64,000 nt of DNA from a candidate division WOR-3 bacterium (lineage in GTDB: Bacteria > Hydrothermota > Tepidihabitantia > Tepidihabitantales > DTDR01). The stretch is from assembly GCA_039801725.1 (NCBI GenBank), contig JBDRVE010000004.1, positions 6,992 to 70,991 of the forward strand, in the 5' to 3' direction. The position numbers and the translations under genes were made by a program. The notes beneath the pieces were generated by a model. That model worked only from the letters and a program-made list of their open reading frames with translations. It did not search any database and was not told where the DNA came from. Below, in pieces: positions 58,750-64,000 of the stretch (position 1 is its first letter; each line of letters opens with the position of its first letter).

Positions 58750-59924
58750 ATTTTATTATATTTCCTTTTTAATTTTTCGGTCAATTCCCAAGATAATTTT
58801 AAGATATCTTCATAATCCATAATCTTTTTTTTATCAGCATACACCGCAATCCTTTCGGTACAACAATAGCAAGGGTCAACAGCGGCCAAGGTTAATGCCG
58901 CATCAGCAATTGAATAACCAACACAGGCATAAGCATTAGAAGCAATATTCATATAACTTGGCGCCCTTATTTTATGTCTAATCGGATGGTTCATTCCGCT
59001 TGTCCTTACATAGTGAAAAACTTCTCCTCTTGGTGCCTCTGCCCTGCCAATTCCTTCGCCCATTGGAATCTCATCAACTTTCGTCTCAATCTCTCCTTTA
59101 GGCATCTTTTTTAAACATTGTCTAATTATCTTTATTGATTCTAAACATTCTAACAATCTTACTTTTGCTTTTGCTAATACATCTCCCTCTTCAAAGGTAA
59201 TCACATCCCATTCAATTCTATCATATGCCGCGTGTGGATCATCTTTTCTCACATCTATTTTTAAACCACTTGCCCGCGCGGTCGGACCAACAACACCATA
59301 ATCAATTGCCACCTCTTTTGGTAAAATCCCAACATCCTTTAATCTTGCTAAAATTACCGGATCATCTAATATTGCCTTGGTAAACATCCAAGTTGCCTTT
59401 TCTACTTCTAATAGGATATTCTCAATCACTGGTATCTGTTCATCTTTTATATCCCATCTGACACCACCAACTTTATTCATCGCATAATGGTTTCTATTTC
59501 CCGTAACCATTTCAAAAATGTCTAATATTGGTTCCCGATATTTCCATGCCCACATCCAAACGGTATTATAACCAATAAAATGACCAGCCAGTCCCAGCCA
59601 GAGAAAATGAGAATGGATTCTTTCTAATTCGTGATTTATTGTCCTTATATATAATGCCCTTTCTGGTACCTGGATTTTTGCCGCATCCTCTACCGCCTGA
59701 ACAAAAGCCAAAGGATGGGAATTGGAACAGATACCACATATCCTTTCTACTAAATAGGCAATTTGCTCATAAGTCATTTTTGGTGATAAAAATTCGTGTC
59801 CCCGATGATTATAACCAATATTTATCTCTACCTCTACCACCTTTTCTCCTTCAACAATTAATTTAAAGAATTCTGGCTCTTCTTGTAAAGGATGATAAGG
59901 ACCAATTGGAATAACTCTTCTCAT
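58746..59924 (-). CDS. Group 4 [NiFe] hydrogenase large subunit (NuoD/HycE/MbhL-like).
   Basis: N-terminal RICGICSNSH (Ni-binding CxxC) and C-terminal DPCYCCTER (DPCxxCxxR). 392 aa. Confidence 0.85.
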   Translation of the reverse strand: MRRVIPIGPYHPLQEEPEFFKLIVEGEKVVEVEINIGYNHRGHEFLSPKMTYEQIAYLVERICGICSNSHPLAFVQAVEDAAKIQVPERALYIRTINHELERIHSHFLWLGLAGHFIGYNTVWMWAWKYREPILDIFEMVTGNRNHYAMNKVGGVRWDIKDEQIPVIENILLEVEKATWMFTKAILDDPVILARLKDVGILPKEVAIDYGVVGPTARASGLKIDVRKDDPHAAYDRIEWDVITFEEGDVLAKAKVRLLECLESIKIIRQCLKKMPKGEIETKVDEIPMGEGIGRAEAPRGEVFHYVRTSGMNHPIRHKIRAPSYMNIASNAYACVGYSIADAALTLAAVDPCYCCTERIAVYADKKKIMDYEDILKLSWELTEKLKRKYNKI

Positions 59925-60352
59925 ATCCCTTCGTAATCTCTCCTTAAAGGATGTTTATCTCTTGGCCAATCTTCACTTGTTAGTAATGGTTTTAAGTTTT
60001 TATGACCAATAAAATTAACTCCCAGAAGTTCCCAAATCTCCCTTTCAATCCACTCGCTTGCCTTTGTTATATCAGAAATTGTATCAACTTCTGGATTATC
60101 TCGATCAGTAATAATTTTTACCGTGTAATATGTGCCGGTTTTATCTTCGGAAAAATGGTAAAGGATTTCTATACCATCTCTCGTATCAACACCGGTCATA
60201 ATAGATAACCTTAAACCTTTCTCTTTATGTAAAAAATAAGCAATCTCTCTAATCTTTTCTTTACTTATTTTTAGATATAATCTTCTTTTGTTATGTTCGT
60301 AAACTTCTATTTCGGGAAATCTATTTTTTATCTCTGTTAACAATTCACTCAT
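59921..60352 (-). CDS. NuoC/MbhK-like 30-kDa-type subunit.
   Basis: 143 aa. NuoC-like fold. Conserved position between the small and large subunits. Confidence 0.65.
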   Translation of the reverse strand: MSELLTEIKNRFPEIEVYEHNKRRLYLKISKEKIREIAYFLHKEKGLRLSIMTGVDTRDGIEILYHFSEDKTGTYYTVKIITDRDNPEVDTISDITKASEWIEREIWELLGVNFIGHKNLKPLLTSEDWPRDKHPLRRDYEGI

Positions 60353-60762
60353 AATTTACTTAATGCCTTAACCACACCAGCAATTATCGCTTCTGGTTTT
60401 GGAGGACAACCAGGAATATAAACATCCACTGGTATATGTTTATCATAAGGTCCAACAACATTATAAGAGTCTTTAAACATATGACAATCACAGGCACAGG
60501 TGCCGACCGCAATCACTAAACAAGGTTTTGGTGTCTGATTATAAACTTCTAAAACCCTCGGTAAAGTCTTTCGATTGATAACTCCGGTAACCAACAAAGC
60601 ATCCGCATGTCTTGGTGAGCCAACCAATAAAATACCAAATCTCTCAACATCAAAACGGGGAGTTAAGGCAGCCAAAATTTCAATATCACAATTATTACAA
60701 GAGGCTGCCGCTACATGGAAAACCCAAGGAGATTTCTTTAATGCCTTTAACTTAATACTCAT
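60349..60762 (-). CDS. Group 4 [NiFe] hydrogenase small subunit (NuoB/HycG/MbhJ-like).
   Basis: CNNCDIE, GTCACDC and DVYIPGCPP proximal-cluster motifs. 137 aa. Confidence 0.85.
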   Translation of the reverse strand: MSIKLKALKKSPWVFHVAAASCNNCDIEILAALTPRFDVERFGILLVGSPRHADALLVTGVINRKTLPRVLEVYNQTPKPCLVIAVGTCACDCHMFKDSYNVVGPYDKHIPVDVYIPGCPPKPEAIIAGVVKALSKL

Positions 60763-61688
60763 AAGCCACTCAATACTAAAATAATTCCTAAAATTGAAAA
60801 AGGTCCTAATATAAACCAGAAAAATTTCAATGCCTGGTCAATCCTTAACCTCGGATTAGTATTTTTCATTAAAACGATTAATAAGAAAATAATTAGGAAT
60901 TTGATAATAAATGTAAAAATATTTCTTGCTGGCCATAATAATGATATTAATAAAGCAGGTAAAGATAAAAGTAATATCGCTCTTGCCAATTTAAAAAGCG
61001 CCAAACAAACTCCTGAATATTCTAAAATTGTTCCCGCCATTATCTCTTGTTCTGCTTCGGCAATATCAAAAGGCACATAGCCCAATTTTGCTTGAAAGAT
61101 AAAAAGTAAGGTTAAGGCACTGATTATTCCTGATAAAGAATAAAGAAAAGGTAAATTCGTTTGTGCCAAAATTATTTCTCCCATTTTAATCTTGCCACCT
61201 GCTTTTATTATCGGAATAAGTAAGGCAAAAATAAAAGGAAGTTCATAACTAATTAACAATGTCATTTCCCTACTGGCACCACAAGCACTTAACGGATTAC
61301 GCGAAGAAGAAGCACCTAAAATAAAACCAACAGGCACCATAGTTAGAAAATATAAAATAACAATTATATCACCTAAAAAAGATTTCTGAGGATATAAAAG
61401 AAAATAGTAAATCATTGTGCCACTAATCAAGGCACTCAAAAAAGATAAAATTGGCGCAAAAAGAAAGGTTAATTTACTACTATTAACTGGAATAATTACT
61501 TCTTTTAATAATAGTTTAAGAAAATCAGCATAAGGTTGATACCAAGGTGGACCAACCCGCCACTGGATCCTTGCGGTTATCTTTCTATCAAGAAAGGTTA
61601 AAAACATTCCAATAACTGTTAAGAAAAGAAAACCAGGGAAAATTAGGAAATTAAATAATAGAGTTAATACATTCATACCCTTCGCCAA
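60759..61688 (-). CDS. NuoH/HycD/MbhM-like membrane subunit.
   Basis: 309 aa with 8 TM helices. NuoH-like loops (PFDIAEAEQEI). Confidence 0.75.
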   Translation of the reverse strand: MAKGMNVLTLLFNFLIFPGFLFLTVIGMFLTFLDRKITARIQWRVGPPWYQPYADFLKLLLKEVIIPVNSSKLTFLFAPILSFLSALISGTMIYYFLLYPQKSFLGDIIVILYFLTMVPVGFILGASSSRNPLSACGASREMTLLISYELPFIFALLIPIIKAGGKIKMGEIILAQTNLPFLYSLSGIISALTLLFIFQAKLGYVPFDIAEAEQEIMAGTILEYSGVCLALFKLARAILLLSLPALLISLLWPARNIFTFIIKFLIIFLLIVLMKNTNPRLRIDQALKFFWFILGPFSILGIILVLSGL

Positions 61689-62146
61689 TAAGGTGAACGG
61701 GATATATATCTTACACCAACCTTAACTTTTTCCACTTCCTTTTCGGTGATAAATCTCAAAGCACCAGTCGCACAAGAATTGGCACATCTTGGACCTTGCT
61801 CATTTTGATAGCAGAGATTACATTTTTGGGTTACATGGTTAAGTAAACTATTTTCAATCACACCAAAAGGACAGGCCAAAGCACAACTTTTACAACCAAC
61901 ACAATGAAAACTTGCCTGAAAGATAATATTTCTCTCTTTGTCCCTTTTAATCACATCAAAAGGACAGGCAGCAGCACACAAAGGCTCTTCACAATGCTTA
62001 CAAGCATGCGATAAGATAACCGTTGGTTTAATCTCATTAATTGTTATCCTTCTTTCATTCTCAAAATAACTACGACAAGCCGATTCACAAGACCGACAAC
62101 CAATACACAAATCTAAATCTAAAAAGAGATATCTCCTTTCACTCAT
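61673..62146 (-). CDS. HycB-like 4Fe-4S ferredoxin electron-transfer subunit.
   Basis: Four Cys clusters (CIGCRSCESAC, CKHCEEPLCAAACP, CVGCKSCALACP, CNLCYQ...C). 157 aa. Confidence 0.7.
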   Translation of the reverse strand: MSERRYLFLDLDLCIGCRSCESACRSYFENERRITINEIKPTVILSHACKHCEEPLCAAACPFDVIKRDKERNIIFQASFHCVGCKSCALACPFGVIENSLLNHVTQKCNLCYQNEQGPRCANSCATGALRFITEKEVEKVKVGVRYISRSPYWRRV

Positions 62147-63678
62147 TCTAATATTAAAGGATTAATTATAATAAATTTTTCTTTCTCGTCAAGAGAAATC
62201 GGAAAATACCTTCTACTTGTTAAATCTTCCAATTCTAAAATTGCCAGATTCTCCGGAAGTTCCTCTTTAATCTTTATCGGCAAAGAAATTTTTGTTTCTC
62301 TTTCCCTTTTCAAATATAAATAATTATCCTTCTCAAAGAGCTCTAAGAAATAAAAGGGCTCCCTTTTACCAACTACTACCAAATTATTTTCTATTCTCTC
62401 TTTATTCTCTTTGTAAAAACTTAGATAATTATTAAACCTTTCTAAAATATCCTTCTCTTTATAAACTTTCTCTTTTAAGTAATCAAAATCCTGAATATCT
62501 ATCTTTAAATGAGAATTAATCTCTTCTAAGATTTCCGAAATAGTCCGACTTCCCGAATAAGGAGGAATTAAATTTTTATCTTCTATTGGCAAACTTTGGG
62601 GTAAAAGATAGATAGAAGAAAGAGTATCCAAAGGCATCTGATAGAAACTTGTTAAATATATCTTCTCACAATTTTTAAGTTTTTCATAAACTTGGGGATA
62701 AAAGAAGGATAAGATACTACCAAAGTTTATCAAAACTCTTATCTCTCCTTTTTCTATTTTTTCTAAAATCTCGCCAAAACTAATAGCCAAAGGAAGATGG
62801 TTGAAATTCTTTAAGCCAATAAAATATAAGTTGGTTTTTTTATTACAAAGAAGTTGTGCCAATAAGGAGTATAAGATGGGCTCAAAACTTTTACCACTTT
62901 CCAAAGAGATTATTACCACACCATTTTTAGATGCCAAAATCTTTTCGGAATACAATTCAATTAAAAAGGGATTTATACCGGAAAGTTTTTCTATCTCTTC
63001 TATTTTAAAACCTTTTGTTTTTATTATCTGGGCTTTTTCTAAAATCAAAAATAATACCAATAACTCAGTACCGATTTTTGGAACTAAAAATTGATTAGTA
63101 AAACCGGCTGCCCGATTTCTAAATACATCTATTCCGTATAATAAAACATTCTTATCTTCATACTTCCTTTTTAAAATCCTTCTTGCGACAATGGGAAAAC
63201 TACCAAAGAGATCGCCAATCATTAAAATGAAATCTGCCTTGTCAATCTTTTCTAAATCACCTTCTTTTACACCATTTGCTTTAAAGGAAAAGAAGATATC
63301 AGGCTCTAAATAACTGGAAAAGATATTTTCAATCCCAAAGGATTTAAAGAAACTATATATCTTTTTCTTATCTTCCTCTTTTAAATAGGCATCTAAACCA
63401 ATTGCTACTTCTTCTTTCTTATAGGTCTTTAAATCTTTTACAAGTTCTTTGAGGACATCTTTAAAGTTTTTCTCTTCTTTCTTACCATTATTTATAAAAA
63501 GGGGAAGGGATAACCTCTTTGGACTATCTAACAAAATTGGAATGGTATTACCTCGGGCACAAAGGGGTCCTTCATAATGAATAGCAAACTTAAATTTCTC
63601 TTTCTTGATTGTTAAGGGGCAATTCAAAAAACAGAAAGGACAATTTATTTTTACCATATCAGATAAAGGGGTCTTCAA
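62143..63678 (-). CDS. Molybdopterin-oxidoreductase (Mo-bisPGD) family protein, short form (FdhA/FwdB-like). Possibly non-catalytic.
   Basis: N-terminal CPFCFLNCPL...(x22)...CARG 4Fe-4S motif and the domain-II signature KADFILMIGDLFGSFPIVARRI. Only 511 aa. No recognisable Cys/Sec Mo ligand. Confidence 0.45.
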   Translation of the reverse strand: MKTPLSDMVKINCPFCFLNCPLTIKKEKFKFAIHYEGPLCARGNTIPILLDSPKRLSLPLFINNGKKEEKNFKDVLKELVKDLKTYKKEEVAIGLDAYLKEEDKKKIYSFFKSFGIENIFSSYLEPDIFFSFKANGVKEGDLEKIDKADFILMIGDLFGSFPIVARRILKRKYEDKNVLLYGIDVFRNRAAGFTNQFLVPKIGTELLVLFLILEKAQIIKTKGFKIEEIEKLSGINPFLIELYSEKILASKNGVVIISLESGKSFEPILYSLLAQLLCNKKTNLYFIGLKNFNHLPLAISFGEILEKIEKGEIRVLINFGSILSFFYPQVYEKLKNCEKIYLTSFYQMPLDTLSSIYLLPQSLPIEDKNLIPPYSGSRTISEILEEINSHLKIDIQDFDYLKEKVYKEKDILERFNNYLSFYKENKERIENNLVVVGKREPFYFLELFEKDNYLYLKRERETKISLPIKIKEELPENLAILELEDLTSRRYFPISLDEKEKFIIINPLILE

Positions 63679-64000
63679 TATCTTTTATCTCTTGCCAAGT
63701 TAATACCGGACCATCTTTACAAACAAAATATCTTCCCATCCGACAATGGCCGCACATCCCAACCGCACAAGACATATTCTTTTCCATTGATAAGTAAATA
63801 TTCTCTTCTTTAAAGTTCTTTTCCAATAATTTTTGTAAGGTAAATTTCATCATCAATGGTGGTCCACAAACAACCGCACAAGCGGTATTCACATCACAAG
63901 GAATCTCATCTAACAAAATAGTAACAACACCAACTTTCCCCTTCCAAGTCTCATCACCAACATCAACGGTCAATTCAATATCCACATTCTCAATCTTCTG
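63659..64000 (-). CDS. FNR-family [2Fe-2S] FAD/NAD(P)-binding subunit (HydG/AsrB-like). C-terminal part only: the 5' end lies beyond the window.
   Basis: C-terminus CGPPLMMKF...CAVGMCGHCRMG is paralogous to the 48331..49167 product. The ORF is open to the window edge. Confidence 0.5.
   Translation of the reverse strand, partial: QKIENVDIELTVDVGDETWKGKVGVVTILLDEIPCDVNTACAVVCGPPLMMKFTLQKLLEKNFKEENIYLSMEKNMSCAVGMCGHCRMGRYFVCKDGPVLTWQEIKDIEDPFI

Noticed and set aside
1-64000. CRISPR arrays, rRNA and tRNA genes.
   Set aside because: No regularly spaced direct repeats. No GC-rich tRNA-like cloverleaf signatures (GTTCGAATCC-type T-loops) were seen in any intergenic region.

Overview
The window is AT-rich (roughly 30% GC), gene-dense bacterial chromosome with lysine-rich proteins and many overlapping start/stop codons. 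It looks like an anaerobic, possibly candidate-phylum organism.

From start to end it carries:
- **Housekeeping block:** manC-like nucleotidyltransferase, rdgB, asnS, then grpE-dnaK-[sigma70 region-4 mini-protein]-dnaJ-rsmE.
- **Macromolecular-synthesis operon variant:** rpsU-mutS2-dnaG-rpoD-DUF721(DciA-like).
- **Mobile element:** a decayed IS481-family insertion sequence.
- **Mixed genes:** pilT paralog, transglutaminase-like protein, MJ0936 phosphoesterase and truD with no canonical start.
- **Fumarate-related operon:** a soluble FrdA/FrdB-like flavoprotein and Fe-S pair with an orphan class-I fumarase beta subunit.
- **Single genes:** lipA, a stand-alone GMP-synthase ATP-pyrophosphatase subunit and yebC.
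- **Type IV pilus / T2SS-like cluster (~10 kb):** four prepilins, a PilM-PilN fusion, PilO, two PilP-like paralogs, PilQ secretin, PilT and PilD.
- **Housekeeping block:** chrA, nfi, rph, murI, an amidase and smpB.
- **Cytoplasmic hydrogenase:** a group-3b-like sulfhydrogenase operon of four genes.
- **Membrane hydrogenase locus (~12.8 kb, running off the window):** a formate-hydrogenlyase-like group-4 [NiFe] hydrogenase with a complete Mrp antiporter module, a short Mo-bisPGD-family subunit and an FNR-like subunit.

No rRNA, tRNA, tmRNA or CRISPR array was recognised. Several strong sigma70-type promoters sit so close to start codons that the transcripts would be leaderless or nearly so.

The most interesting candidates are:
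- the membrane hydrogenase/Mrp/Mo-protein/FNR-like assembly;
- the RpoD-region-4 mini-protein inside the dnaK operon;
- truD with no ATG/GTG/TTG start;
- the unusual pilus-operon components;
- two long AT-rich intergenic regions with palindromes and repeats.
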